A DNA stretch of 49,094 bases, from contig CAMDNF010000005.1 of NCBI GenBank assembly GCA_945902735.1, positions 1 to 49,094 of the forward strand, read 5' to 3'. The translations under genes were made by a program, and so were the position numbers. The notes under the pieces were generated by a model that saw only the letters and a list, made by a program, of their open reading frames with translations, made no database searches and had not been told where the DNA came from. Shown in pieces: positions 9,633 through 19,087 of this stretch. The stretch is from Rhizobium sp. Q54. GTDB taxonomy: Bacteria > Pseudomonadota > Alphaproteobacteria > UBA828. Position 1 is the first letter of the stretch, and the number at the start of each line of letters is the position of its first letter.

Positions 9633-11417
9633 TCAGCCGAGGGCGTTAAAATCTTCGATCAGCGCGGCGATCACGCCCGAATCCGATTGCTGCATGATTT
9701 GTTCGGCGCGCCGGCCGGCTTCGGCCAGGTCGATCTCGAGGATGCGCTGCTTGACCCGCGGCAGGCTGGGCGCGGCCATTGACAGGTCGCGCAGGCCAAG
9801 CCCGAGGAGGAGCGCGGTAAAGCGTGGATTGCCGGCCATTTCACCGCATAGATTGACCGGTATGCCGGCGCGCTGGGCGGCTACCGTCGCAAATTGGATC
9901 AGCCGCAATACGGCGGGGTGGAGCGAATCGTAAAGGTGTGCGACTTGCTCGTCGCCCCGGTTGATCGCGAGCGTGTACATGGTCAGGTCGTTGGTGCCGA
10001 GCGAAAAAAAGTCCGACACCTGCGCGAGGGCATCAGCGGCTAGGGCGGCGCCTGGGGTTTCGATCATCACGCCAACGGGCGGCAGCTCCTTGCCAATGGC
10101 AATGCGGTTGCGCGCCAGGCGCCGGGCAACGCGGGGGATCAATTCCCTAACCGCCTTGACCTCGCCGACCGTGGTGATCATGGGCAGCAAGATCCTGACT
10201 GGACCATGGGCATTGGCCCGCAACATGGCGCCGATCTGTGCTTCGAGGAGTGGGCGTACTTTGAGCGAGAGGCGAATGGCGCGCAGCCCAAGCGCCGGAT
10301 TGACGCTCGGGCTCAAATGCTCGCCGAGCGAATAGGCGAGCTTGTCTGAGCCGACATCGAGGGTGCGGACCGTGACCGGGCGCCCCGCCATGCCTTCGAC
10401 GATCGTACGCAGGGCCTGATATTGCTCATCTTCATCGGGCGGCTGGTCGCGGTTCATGTACATGAATTCGCTGCGAAGTAAGCCGATGCCTTCGGCGCCA
10501 GCGGCGTTGGCAAGCCCGAGCTCGGTCGGTAGTTCGAGATTGCATTGCAGCCCGATGCGGTGGCCATCCCGTGTGATCGCCGCGACGCCGCGCAGCCGAT
10601 CGAGTTGACGTTGCCGGCGTAACAAAGCCTCGCGCCGGCGCTCATAGCGCCCGACCGTCTCCGGCGAGGGGTTGATCACCACTTGGCCGCGCGTGCCATC
10701 AACAATGATCAGATCCCCCGGCCGCGCCACGGTTACCAGGCTTGGGACGCCAAGCACCGCAGGCAGGCCGAGCGAGCGAGCCATGATGGCCGTGTGGCCT
10801 TCGGCGCCGCCCAAAGCCGAGGCAAAGCCCCCGACCTTGGTCGGGTCCATCAGCGCGGTATCGGCTGGGGTGATCTCCTCGGCGATGATGATGGCGCCCT
10901 GCGGCAAAGAAGAAAACGCTAGGTAGGGTACTTTTGATAAATTGCGCACGATGCGCGTGCCGACTTCGTGCACATCGTCGATCCGGCTCGCCAAATAGCG
11001 ATCGCTGACCTCGGCAAAGGCTTGGCCGATTTCACCCAGCTCCGCCTGCACGGCGGCCTCGGCATTGATATGTTGGCGCCGGATTCGCTCGATAACACCG
11101 CGCACCAGGCGCGAGCTCTTGAGCATTTGAAGGTGGGCGTCGAGCAAATAGCTCAGCTCCTCGGCCGCCGCGCCCGGCAGGCCGCTCGCTTTGCCGCGGA
11201 GCTTGCGAACTTGTTTCGCCGACGCCGCCACCGCTTCTTCGAAGCGAGCAACTTCACCGGCGATCTCATGCTCGGCCAAACCATATTCCGGCAAGTCGAT
11301 CAGGCCGCGTTCGACGACATGGGCGGGCCCGATCGCAATGCCTGCCGACACGCCAAGCCCATCGAACCGGTGTTCGAACGCTTCAGGCAGGCCGGCGATC
11401 TCTTCGTACACGTCCAA
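9633..11417 (-). CDS. ptsI: PTS enzyme I (PEP-protein phosphotransferase) without a GAF domain
   Basis: Phospho-His motif GHTAIMAR, GIGLLRSEF, RTLDVG, NPALGLRAIR, GTNDL and CGEMAG. Start probably TTG 11417 or GTG 11411, since the 11489 start overlaps HPr. Confidence 0.92.
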   Translation of the reverse strand: MDVYEEIAGLPEAFEHRFDGLGVSAGIAIGPAHVVERGLIDLPEYGLAEHEIAGEVARFEEAVAASAKQVRKLRGKASGLPGAAAEELSYLLDAHLQMLKSSRLVRGVIERIRRQHINAEAAVQAELGEIGQAFAEVSDRYLASRIDDVHEVGTRIVRNLSKVPYLAFSSLPQGAIIIAEEITPADTALMDPTKVGGFASALGGAEGHTAIMARSLGLPAVLGVPSLVTVARPGDLIIVDGTRGQVVINPSPETVGRYERRREALLRRQRQLDRLRGVAAITRDGHRIGLQCNLELPTELGLANAAGAEGIGLLRSEFMYMNRDQPPDEDEQYQALRTIVEGMAGRPVTVRTLDVGSDKLAYSLGEHLSPSVNPALGLRAIRLSLKVRPLLEAQIGAMLRANAHGPVRILLPMITTVGEVKAVRELIPRVARRLARNRIAIGKELPPVGVMIETPGAALAADALAQVSDFFSLGTNDLTMYTLAINRGDEQVAHLYDSLHPAVLRLIQFATVAAQRAGIPVNLCGEMAGNPRFTALLLGLGLRDLSMAAPSLPRVKQRILEIDLAEAGRRAEQIMQQSDSGVIAALIEDFNALG

Positions 11418-11427
11418 TATCCCCGGT

Positions 11428-11736
11428 CTAGTCTTCGCCGAAGCGGCGCTCGACCAATGTGGCGAGCGCGTCGAGCGCGGCCGCGCCATCGGGGCCGCTC
11501 GCTTCGATCAAAATTTCCTGTCCCGGCCCCGCCGCCAACATCATGAGCCCTAAAATTGACGAACCCGAGACAGCGGTGCCGTTGCGCGTGACCGTGATTT
11601 CGGCGTCATAAGCGGCCGCGACTTGGACGAAACGGGCCGCCGCGCGCGCGTGCAAGCCCAGGCGGTTCGATATCGTCACAATTTTGCGTGTTTGACCGGC
11701 GCTGTTTTTGGCGGACGGATCGGCTGGCGTACTCAC
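11428..11736 (-). CDS. ptsH: Phosphocarrier protein HPr/NPr
   Basis: GLHARAAA (His15 motif) and SILGLMML (Ser46 region). Confidence 0.93.
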   Translation of the reverse strand: MSTPADPSAKNSAGQTRKIVTISNRLGLHARAAARFVQVAAAYDAEITVTRNGTAVSGSSILGLMMLAAGPGQEILIEASGPDGAAALDALATLVERRFGED

Positions 11737-12143
11737 ACCGCCTCTCCGTTCAACAGGCTGCTCGCCACGTTGATATATTTTCGTCCCGCTTCCTGGGCAC
11801 TCAAGACCGCTCGTTCAAGCGTCTCTTCCTTGCGTACCGATGCGAGTTTGATCAGCATCGGCAGGTTCATGCCGGCAATGACCTCGATCTTCGCGCGGTC
11901 GTCCATCACCGAAATCGCAAGATTGGACGGTGTACCGCCAAACATGTCGGTCAGCAGAATCACCCCGTCGCCATCGTCCACCGCGTTGATCGCCTCGATG
12001 ATTTCCTTGCGTCGCCGTTCCATGTCGTCGTCCGCCCCGATGCAGATCGCGCGAATGCGTTCCTGCCGCCCGACCACATGCTCGGTCGCGGCGACAAATT
12101 CTTCGGCCAAGCGGCCATGCGTAACGAAGACCAAACCAATCAT
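11733..12143 (-). CDS. PTS EIIA component, mannose/fructose family (ManX-like)
   Basis: MIGLVFVTHG, LTDMFGGTPSN and GMNLPML motifs; start taken at ATG 12143. Confidence 0.9.
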   Translation of the reverse strand: MIGLVFVTHGRLAEEFVAATEHVVGRQERIRAICIGADDDMERRRKEIIEAINAVDDGDGVILLTDMFGGTPSNLAISVMDDRAKIEVIAGMNLPMLIKLASVRKEETLERAVLSAQEAGRKYINVASSLLNGEAV

Positions 12144-12182
12144 GAGGAAATCCGTTTCAAAGAACGTGCGACGAACGATCAA

Positions 12183-13094
12183 TCAATCGCCGATCGAGGC
12201 CGAGCGCTCAAGATCGCGATGACGCAGGCTGGCGGTCCATCCGGCGGCGCGTAGTGTTTCGACCAGCCGCCCGGCCACAAAGACCGAGCGATGACGCCCG
12301 CCCGTGCAGCCAATGGCAATGGTCAAATAGGATTTGCCCTCCCGTTCATAGGCGGGCAATAGCGGATTCAACATATCGGTCAACGTAGCAAAAAACGGCG
12401 CATAGGCGGAATCTCGCTCGATGAAGGCGGCGATCGGCGCATCGAGGCCGGTTCCGGCGCGCAAATTCGGATCGTAATGCGGATTGGCCAGGAAGCGAAC
12501 GTCGAACACGAGATCAGCCTCAGGCGGCAGGCCATGACGATAGCCAAATGAAACGATGTGAACGCCGAGGCCGGCCGCGCTTGAGATCGAAAAATGCCCC
12601 GTCAGCAGGCGGCGAAGATCGGGTAGACCAAGGCCCGAGGTGTCGACCACTAGATCGGCCCGATTGCGCGCCCAGATCAGACGCTCGCGTTCGAGCCGAA
12701 TGCCATCGCTGACCGGGCGATCATCGGCCAGGGGGTGGCGCCGCCGGGTCTCGGTGAAGCGTCGGCGCAAGATCTCGTCATCGCTTTCGAGAAACAGCAG
12801 CGTGGTGTCGAGGCTGTCGCGATCGAGCAGGGGTGCCAAATAGCGTTCGAAGTGCTCGACATCGAATTCACGCGTACGCACATCGGTGCAGATCGCCAAG
12901 GGCCGCCGCGTGTCGGTATCACCGGAGGTGGAGGCGCCCCGCACCAGGCCGCCGATCAAGGTGACGGGCAAATTGTCGACCACCTCATAACCCAGATCCT
13001 CGAGGACCTTGAGCGCCGTCGATTTGCCCGCTCCCGACATGCCGGTGACAATGACCAGACGCTGCCTTTGGGATCGATCGGGGTTTCGGGTCAT
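12183..13094 (-). CDS. rapZ: RNase adapter RapZ (P-loop NTPase, YvcJ/YhbJ family)
   Basis: GMSGAGKS, DNLP, TRRRHPL, SFGYRHG, DVRFLANP and GCTGGRHRSV motifs; ATG 13094 chosen because it follows the hprK stop. Confidence 0.93.
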   Translation of the reverse strand: MTRNPDRSQRQRLVIVTGMSGAGKSTALKVLEDLGYEVVDNLPVTLIGGLVRGASTSGDTDTRRPLAICTDVRTREFDVEHFERYLAPLLDRDSLDTTLLFLESDDEILRRRFTETRRRHPLADDRPVSDGIRLERERLIWARNRADLVVDTSGLGLPDLRRLLTGHFSISSAAGLGVHIVSFGYRHGLPPEADLVFDVRFLANPHYDPNLRAGTGLDAPIAAFIERDSAYAPFFATLTDMLNPLLPAYEREGKSYLTIAIGCTGGRHRSVFVAGRLVETLRAAGWTASLRHRDLERSASIGD

Positions 13095-13098
13095 CGGT

Positions 13099-13572
13099 TC
13101 AGGCCGATCGACGGTTGAGGCCGGGTCCAAGCGCGGTCTCGGCTGGCTGAAGGCGGCCGTTGACCAGCTGCGCCGCCATGCGGAGTTTCGCTACGGCGGA
13201 TGATTCGAATGGCGCGAGGGTCAAGGCGGCGATCCCGACCCCATCGATGACGGTTTCCACGAGATTTGGCAGGCGCGCGATGTTTGTGTTTGGTGCGAGA
13301 TCGACGAGCAGGCCGATGCTTGCCTCGGGCAGATTGGGGAGTGTGAGGATGCCAAGGCCCCGCACCTCCAGCAGGCCGGCCAGCGCCTCGGGGGCCTGCG
13401 CCATGAGACGATTGCCCTTGGGGGTTAGCGCCACCTGATCGTCCGCCACAAGGGTGGCGCCGGCCTCGATGAGGCGCAAGGCAAGATCGGATTTTCCGGC
13501 GCCAGAAGGGCCGCGCAGCAAAATGCCGACACCTTCGAAAACGACGCAACTCGCGTGATGGAGCCGGCTCAT
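13099..13572 (-). CDS. hprK: Short HPr kinase/phosphorylase (alphaproteobacterial type)
   Basis: HASCV, GPSGAGKSDLAL, LVADD and LEVRGLGI motifs. Confidence 0.9.
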   Translation of the reverse strand: MSRLHHASCVVFEGVGILLRGPSGAGKSDLALRLIEAGATLVADDQVALTPKGNRLMAQAPEALAGLLEVRGLGILTLPNLPEASIGLLVDLAPNTNIARLPNLVETVIDGVGIAALTLAPFESSAVAKLRMAAQLVNGRLQPAETALGPGLNRRSA

Positions 13573-13580
13573 TGGCGGGG

Positions 13581-13609
13581 AAGGTCGCGCCGTCGTCCAG
13601 CCATGTCAA
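13581..13609 (-). promoter_or_regulatory. Candidate sigma70 promoter for hprK
   Basis: TTGACA (13609-13604), 17-nt spacer, GACCTT (13586-13581), then 8 nt to the ATG. Confidence 0.4.
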
Positions 13610-13627
13610 CCAGCGGACTGTGGGCGC

Positions 13628-14092
13628 TCAAGCGGCCGAACGGGCGGGCGGCTCGATGAGGAGGGCGAAAATCGCTTCGGCGCGGTCCGACCCGCGCAGG
13701 CGTTCGACAACTTCGTCCTTGCGCAGGAGACGTGAAATGTTCGAGAGCGCCTTGAGGTGGTCAGCCCCGGCGCTCGCCGGCGCAAGCAGCATGAAAACGA
13801 GATCGACCGGGTGACCATCCACCGATTCGAAATCGACCGGCTGTTCGAGGCGGGCAAAAACCGTCACCAAATGGTCTAGACCGGGCAAGCGCGCATGCGG
13901 AATGGCGATACCCTTGCCGCTTCCGGTCGAGCCAAGTCGCTCGCGCTCAAGCAGCGCATCGAAAATCGTCCGCTCGTGCAGACCCGTCAGTTCGGCGGCA
14001 CGCGCCGCCAGCTCCTGTAGCAGGTGCTTCTTGCTGGTCGCACGCAAACGCGGCAAGACGCCGCGCTGCTGAAGAATTTCCCGAATTTCCAT
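13628..14092 (-). CDS. ptsN: PTS EIIA-Ntr nitrogen regulatory protein
   Basis: RERLGSTG, GIAIPHAR and HLKALS motifs; start ATG 14092 or GTG 14098. Confidence 0.93.
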   Translation of the reverse strand: MEIREILQQRGVLPRLRATSKKHLLQELAARAAELTGLHERTIFDALLERERLGSTGSGKGIAIPHARLPGLDHLVTVFARLEQPVDFESVDGHPVDLVFMLLAPASAGADHLKALSNISRLLRKDEVVERLRGSDRAEAIFALLIEPPARSAA

Positions 14093-14297
14093 CGGCACTC
14101 CGTCCTGGACAACTTGGCTCGCTGGGCTCAGCGCCCACTAAACCCCAGGGTCCTTATGATCGTTGCGCGACATCGGCTATTTTACGGTGCCGCCGCCTGG
14201 TCTGTCGATTGCTCGCGATGTTCTCGTTTGCACTCGCCGGGCCGGGGTCACATGGCGCTCTATGTGGGGTCGAGCACCCCGGGCGAAAAGGCGGCGC

Positions 14298-14340
14298 ACC
14301 ATAGGTCCCCCTAACCCAGTGAGTCAATCGGGACCCGATT
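14298..14340 (-). promoter_or_regulatory. Candidate sigma70 promoter for ptsN with an overlapping palindrome
   Basis: TTGACT (14327-14322), 18-nt spacer, TATGGT (14303-14298); palindrome AATCGGG-A-CCCGATT at 14326-14340. Confidence 0.5.
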
Positions 14341-14374
14341 TTGCCCCGCCAACTACTGATTTTTTCTAACTATT

Positions 14375-15886
14375 TTAATTGGTTAGGGAATTTTCGATCG
14401 GCTCTTTTCGCTTCAGGCGACGACGTTCGACCGAAGACGGGATGCGCATGGCTTCGCGGTATTTTGCTACCGTTCGCCGCGCAATCGCGACCCCGCCTTT
14501 GCTCAGTGCGGCAGCAATATGGTCGTCAGAGAGGATTCGGTTCGGGGGTTCGGAATCGATCATCGCCTTGATTCGGTGCCGAACCGCCTCGGCGGCGTGA
14601 GTTTCGCCCCCGGCGCTGCTTTGCAGGGCGGCCGAAAAGAAGAATTTGAGCTCGAACACGCCACGTGGGCAGGCAAGATATTTGTTGGCGACCACGCGGC
14701 TGACCGTGCTCTCGTGCACACCGATCAAAGTGGCGATATCGCGCAAGGTCATGGGGCGCATTTCACGCACGCCGTGCGAGAAAAAATTCGACTGTTGTTC
14801 AACTAATGCGCGACCCACGTTCATCACCGTTCGCGCGCGCTGGACCAGCGAACGAACCAACCAGTTCGCCGATTGAAGTTGCGTGGTCAGGAATTGATGC
14901 TCGGCCGGCGTGCGGACGCCCTTGGTCAGAAGAGAAAAATAGCCTGTATTCACGATCACCTTGGGCATGGTGTCGGGGTTGAGCTCGACCTGCCAGGAGC
15001 CGTCGCGCATGGGCCGTACAAAAATGTCGGGAATGACGGTCGGCGCTGGCTCGGCACCGAAGGCGCGTCCGGGCTTGGGTTCGAGCCGTTTGATTTCGGC
15101 GATCATGTCGGCGATATCCTCGTCCGACACTTGGCATTGGGCTTTCAAGCTGGCGAAGTTCCGCGCGGCGAGCAAATCGAGATGGTCGAGAAATGTGCTC
15201 ATGACCGGGTCGAGACGATTTTTCTCGGCGAGCTGAAGCGCCAGACACTCGCGTAAAGACCGGGCGAAGACACCCGTTGGCTCGAAGCGATGCAAAATGG
15301 TGATCGTCTGCTCAATGCGCGAAGGCTCACAGCCGAGTTGCGTCGCGACGGCCAAAAGGTCGGCCGGTAAATAGCCCGCCTCGTCAATCAGGTCGATCAG
15401 CCGGCTGCCGATCAACAAATCAATGGGGTCGCTGCAGCCCACCCGCAGCTGGGACAGCAAGTGCTCGCGCAGCGTAGGGCCATCCGAGGCGGCCTGATCA
15501 AGGCGATCGCCCTCATCACCGCTTGGCGCGCCACCCGCGCGCGCCCAACGCCCGGCATCGCCCGGTGCACTATCGGCATCCCACATGGCCTCCGGCGTAA
15601 CATCAAGCCCGGCGGCATCGGGGCCTTCGGCCTCGAGCCGGTTCATGGCCTGATCGGTGGCAACCGGCGTGCCTGCCTCAAGCGCGGTTGGCGCTGGTGA
15701 ATCGCTTTCGCTGGCGCCATCGGTCTCCTCGCGCTCAAGCAAGGGGTTACGTTCGAGCTCTTCTTGGATATAGGCCTGAAGTTCTTGCGCGCCGAGCTGA
15801 AGCAGTTTGATCGACTGCTGGAGCTGCGGCGTCATAACCAGCGCCTGCCCTTGTTTAAGGCTGAGCTGCTGCTTCACGGTGGCCAT
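14375..15886 (-). CDS. rpoN: RNA polymerase sigma-54 factor
   Basis: Region I MTPQLQQSIKLLQL, HESTVSR and the RpoN box ARRTVAKYRE. Confidence 0.98.
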   Translation of the reverse strand: MATVKQQLSLKQGQALVMTPQLQQSIKLLQLGAQELQAYIQEELERNPLLEREETDGASESDSPAPTALEAGTPVATDQAMNRLEAEGPDAAGLDVTPEAMWDADSAPGDAGRWARAGGAPSGDEGDRLDQAASDGPTLREHLLSQLRVGCSDPIDLLIGSRLIDLIDEAGYLPADLLAVATQLGCEPSRIEQTITILHRFEPTGVFARSLRECLALQLAEKNRLDPVMSTFLDHLDLLAARNFASLKAQCQVSDEDIADMIAEIKRLEPKPGRAFGAEPAPTVIPDIFVRPMRDGSWQVELNPDTMPKVIVNTGYFSLLTKGVRTPAEHQFLTTQLQSANWLVRSLVQRARTVMNVGRALVEQQSNFFSHGVREMRPMTLRDIATLIGVHESTVSRVVANKYLACPRGVFELKFFFSAALQSSAGGETHAAEAVRHRIKAMIDSEPPNRILSDDHIAAALSKGGVAIARRTVAKYREAMRIPSSVERRRLKRKEPIENSLTN

Positions 15887-15904
15887 GGCGCGTTGCTCAA
15901 CCGG

Positions 15905-16726
15905 CTACAGACGGAAACGCTCGCCGAGATAGACCCGCCGCACTTCCTCGTGGGCGACGATATCATCCGGCACACCTTCCATCAGCACCGCGCCCTCATG
16001 AAGAATATAGGCCCGGTCGACGATATCGAGTGTCTCGCGCACATTGTGGTCGGTGATTAAGACGCCGATGCCACGGTCTTTCAAATTGGCGACCAGTTCG
16101 CGAATTTCGCCAAGCGCGATCGGGTCAATGCCGGCCAGCGGCTCGTCGAGCAACATGAAGCTCGGGCGGCTCGCCAATGCCCGCGCAATTTCAACGCGCC
16201 GTCGCTCGCCGCCTGAAAGCGCAAGCGCGGGCGTGTGCCGCAAATGGCTGATCGAAAATTCCGCCAACAGCTCATCAAGCAGCGCTTCGCGCCGCTCGCG
16301 CGCCGGCTCGGAAACTTCGAGCACCGCCTTGATGTTGCCTTCGACCGTCATGCCGCGAAAAATCGACGCCTCCTGAGGCAGATATCCTATGCCAAGCCGT
16401 GCACGGCGATACATCGGAAGATCGGTGATGTCGTGGCTATCCAAGAAAACCTGACCATAATCCGGCGTAATCAATCCCGTGATCAGGTAGAAGCTGGTTG
16501 TCTTACCCGCGCCATTCGGCCCAAGCAAACCCACCGCCTCGCCGCGTTGCACCGTGAGACTGACGTCTCGTAGCACCGGGCGTTTGCGGAAGCGTTTGCC
16601 GAGATTGCGCGCAACCAACCCCGTATTCGAGGCGACGAGACGCGGCCCTAAGACCGCGCCATCGTCAGCGGTGTTCGCAGTGCTTTGACGGCCGCTTTGG
16701 CGTTCGTCGCTTCCACCTGATGACAT
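15905..16726 (-). CDS. lptB: LPS export ABC transporter ATPase LptB
   Basis: GPNGAGKTT, YLPQEASIF, LSGGERRR and ITDHNVRET motifs; upstream of rpoN. Confidence 0.96.
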   Translation of the reverse strand: MSSGGSDERQSGRQSTANTADDGAVLGPRLVASNTGLVARNLGKRFRKRPVLRDVSLTVQRGEAVGLLGPNGAGKTTSFYLITGLITPDYGQVFLDSHDITDLPMYRRARLGIGYLPQEASIFRGMTVEGNIKAVLEVSEPARERREALLDELLAEFSISHLRHTPALALSGGERRRVEIARALASRPSFMLLDEPLAGIDPIALGEIRELVANLKDRGIGVLITDHNVRETLDIVDRAYILHEGAVLMEGVPDDIVAHEEVRRVYLGERFRL

Positions 16727-16749
16727 CGTTAGAAATATACCCGATCCGG

Positions 16750-17370
16750 TTAATTTTTCTTCTGCGAAGGCGCGTCATTTTTCGCGGCGGCAGGCTTCTT
16801 TTCAGGCACGAAGAGACCCTTAACACGCCCGCCTTGGGTCGCCCCTTTGGCCACTTTGCTTTCGCCGGTCGTGAGGTTCATCTCGAGCGTATCGCCCTTG
16901 ACGATATTGTTGCCCTGGGTGAGCACAACATCGCCCATCAGGTCGATCCGCGCGCGATCGACGTCATAAATGCCGCGGGATCCTTTGCCGGTTTCCGTGG
17001 GCGATGAAACGAAGACGTTCCCTTCCGCTTCGATTTTCGAAATGCCCGGTTGATCGGGGCTCTCTTTGCTCTCGCGATAGTGCACGGTCAACTGATCGGC
17101 GCGCAGTCTCATGGTGCCCTGCACGGCGTCGACCTTGCCGCGAAAGACCGCGAGCTGCTGGTTTTGTTTGACCTCCAGCGTATCGGCGGTGATCTCGATC
17201 GGGAGCGTCGTATCGGTGCGTGTGCCGGTGGGGCGGGTTGGCGAGACATTTTCGGTTTGCGGCGCGGTGCTCTCAGCTTCGGCCGCCCATGTTGATTGCG
17301 TGATAATTTGGGCGCCCACCAAGCCAAGTGCCAGGGCCGCCAAATACCCTTTTGACCTATGCCAGATCAT
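16750..17370 (-). CDS. lptA: LPS transport periplasmic protein LptA
   Basis: Signal peptide plus OstA-like beta-jellyroll pattern (PIEITAD, GKVDAVQG, GDVVLTQG); synteny. Confidence 0.9.
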   Translation of the reverse strand: MIWHRSKGYLAALALGLVGAQIITQSTWAAEAESTAPQTENVSPTRPTGTRTDTTLPIEITADTLEVKQNQQLAVFRGKVDAVQGTMRLRADQLTVHYRESKESPDQPGISKIEAEGNVFVSSPTETGKGSRGIYDVDRARIDLMGDVVLTQGNNIVKGDTLEMNLTTGESKVAKGATQGGRVKGLFVPEKKPAAAKNDAPSQKKN

Positions 17371-18086
17371 GGGCGCGCCTCGGGTTGGTTGTCGGGCCGC
17401 TTGGAGAAAATCGTCGTCTTCACCGGACCGGACACAAAGACATTGGCGCCTCGGTCCGTGATCCGGAAGGCCGAGCCATTGATCAAACCGAGCGGGCCTT
17501 GGCCCGACACGGCCTCATGACCTTCCGCTTCGCCAGCCTGGATTTTGAGGTGCGCGCTTTCGGTGTGCAGTTCGTGCCCTTGGTCGGAATAGACGGTGAC
17601 ATCGCCGGCCAGATCGAGCGTGGCGAGCGTGCGATTATAAAGGCCTTCGCGGGCCGTGACCGCAGCCCATGAATCGCCCTCCATAAACATATCGGCGGTC
17701 AGGTTTTTCAGCGTGATCACCATCGCATCCGCCGCGCTCGGTATGGCTTCTTCCGCGGTGACGGTGAAGGGCTGGCTTTGGCTGTCCGTCCCGACATAGC
17801 GCGCATTCAACATTTTCAAGCTGCCATCCTGGCCCTCGGTCGCGCTGTAGGTCACACGAAATCCCTCTTCACGACCCGAGGCCAAAGGCCATATGACTAT
17901 CAGTCCGAGCAAAAGAACGGCACTCAGCGGCAGCGCATAGCGCATCACGCCGACAAAGGCGCTATAGCGACCGGCGCCCGCCGCTGATTTCGCAACATGG
18001 CCGGCGAATAGGCCGGTCAAGCGCTGTTCCGGCACAGGGGTGGTGCGCTCCGGCACGCCGCCGATTTTTTCGCTGTTGGCGCTCAC
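17367..18086 (-). CDS. lptC: LPS export periplasmic protein LptC
   Basis: One N-terminal TM helix then a beta-rich domain (PFTVTA, GQGPLG); between kdsD and lptA; GTG 18086 overlaps the kdsD stop. Confidence 0.85.
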   Translation of the reverse strand: MSANSEKIGGVPERTTPVPEQRLTGLFAGHVAKSAAGAGRYSAFVGVMRYALPLSAVLLLGLIVIWPLASGREEGFRVTYSATEGQDGSLKMLNARYVGTDSQSQPFTVTAEEAIPSAADAMVITLKNLTADMFMEGDSWAAVTAREGLYNRTLATLDLAGDVTVYSDQGHELHTESAHLKIQAGEAEGHEAVSGQGPLGLINGSAFRITDRGANVFVSGPVKTTIFSKRPDNQPEARP

Positions 18087-19081
18087 GCGATTCCCGCCCT
18101 CAGGCAATCATGGATGTGAATGATCCCGACCGGTCGTTCGTCCTCGATCACGAACAGGCTCGTGATCTTATGCTCATTCATGAGATTAAGCGCTTCCGCC
18201 GCGAAGGCGCCCGGTCGAATGGAGCGGGGTGAGGCGGTCATGACGGCGGCAACGGTCTGGCGCACCAGGCCTTCCCCCATATGACGACGCAAATCGCCAT
18301 CGGTGACGACGCCGATCAGTCGGCCGGACTCGTCAAGCGCGCCGATGCAGCCGAAGCCCTTGGCGGTCATGGTGATCAACGCTTCGGCCATGCGGGCCGA
18401 CGCGGGGATTGTGGGTAGCGCCGCGCCAGCGTGCATGATGTCGCGCACGCGAAGCAATCGTCCGCCCAACCGCCCGCCCGGATGAAACGCCTGGAAATCT
18501 TCGGCGGTGAAGCCTTTGCGCTCAAGCAGAGCGACCGCCAACGCGTCGCCGAGCGCCAACATCATGGTGGTCGATGAGGTTGGCGCGAGGCCAAGCGGGC
18601 AGGCCTCCGGCGCCTCGGGCAGCACGAGCGCCACATCGGCGGCTTCGGCCAACGTCGTTTTGGCGCGCCCGACAATGCCAACCATCGGGATACGATGGCG
18701 CTTGGCGTATTGAATCAAATTAGCGAGCTCGGCGGTCTCGCCAGAATTCGATAGCAGGATCAGGGCGTCCTGCGGCGTGATCATGCCGAGGTCGCCATGG
18801 CTCGCTTCGGCGGGGTGGACGAAAATCGCCGGCGCGCCGGTCGACGCCAAAGTGGCCGCGATCTTGGTCGCGATATGGCCACTTTTGCCCATGCCGGAGA
18901 CCACGATGCGTCCTTCGACCGCGGCCAAGAGCGTGATCGCTTCGACAAAACGTTGGTCGACCGAGCGCCCAAGCCGCTGCAAGGCGTCGGCCTCGATTTC
19001 GAGCACGCGCTGCGCCCGCGCCAGGTCCTTGCTCCCGACGGTGTCGCGGGTGAGAGCCACGCTCGATGTCTCGCTCGGCAT
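18083..19081 (-). CDS. kdsD: Arabinose-5-phosphate isomerase (KpsF/GutQ family)
   Basis: SIS domain GMGKSGHI, HPAEASHGDLG, FHPGG and a C-terminal CBS pair. Confidence 0.95.
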   Translation of the reverse strand: MPSETSSVALTRDTVGSKDLARAQRVLEIEADALQRLGRSVDQRFVEAITLLAAVEGRIVVSGMGKSGHIATKIAATLASTGAPAIFVHPAEASHGDLGMITPQDALILLSNSGETAELANLIQYAKRHRIPMVGIVGRAKTTLAEAADVALVLPEAPEACPLGLAPTSSTTMMLALGDALAVALLERKGFTAEDFQAFHPGGRLGGRLLRVRDIMHAGAALPTIPASARMAEALITMTAKGFGCIGALDESGRLIGVVTDGDLRRHMGEGLVRQTVAAVMTASPRSIRPGAFAAEALNLMNEHKITSLFVIEDERPVGIIHIHDCLRAGIA

Positions 19082-19087
19082 CAGGTC

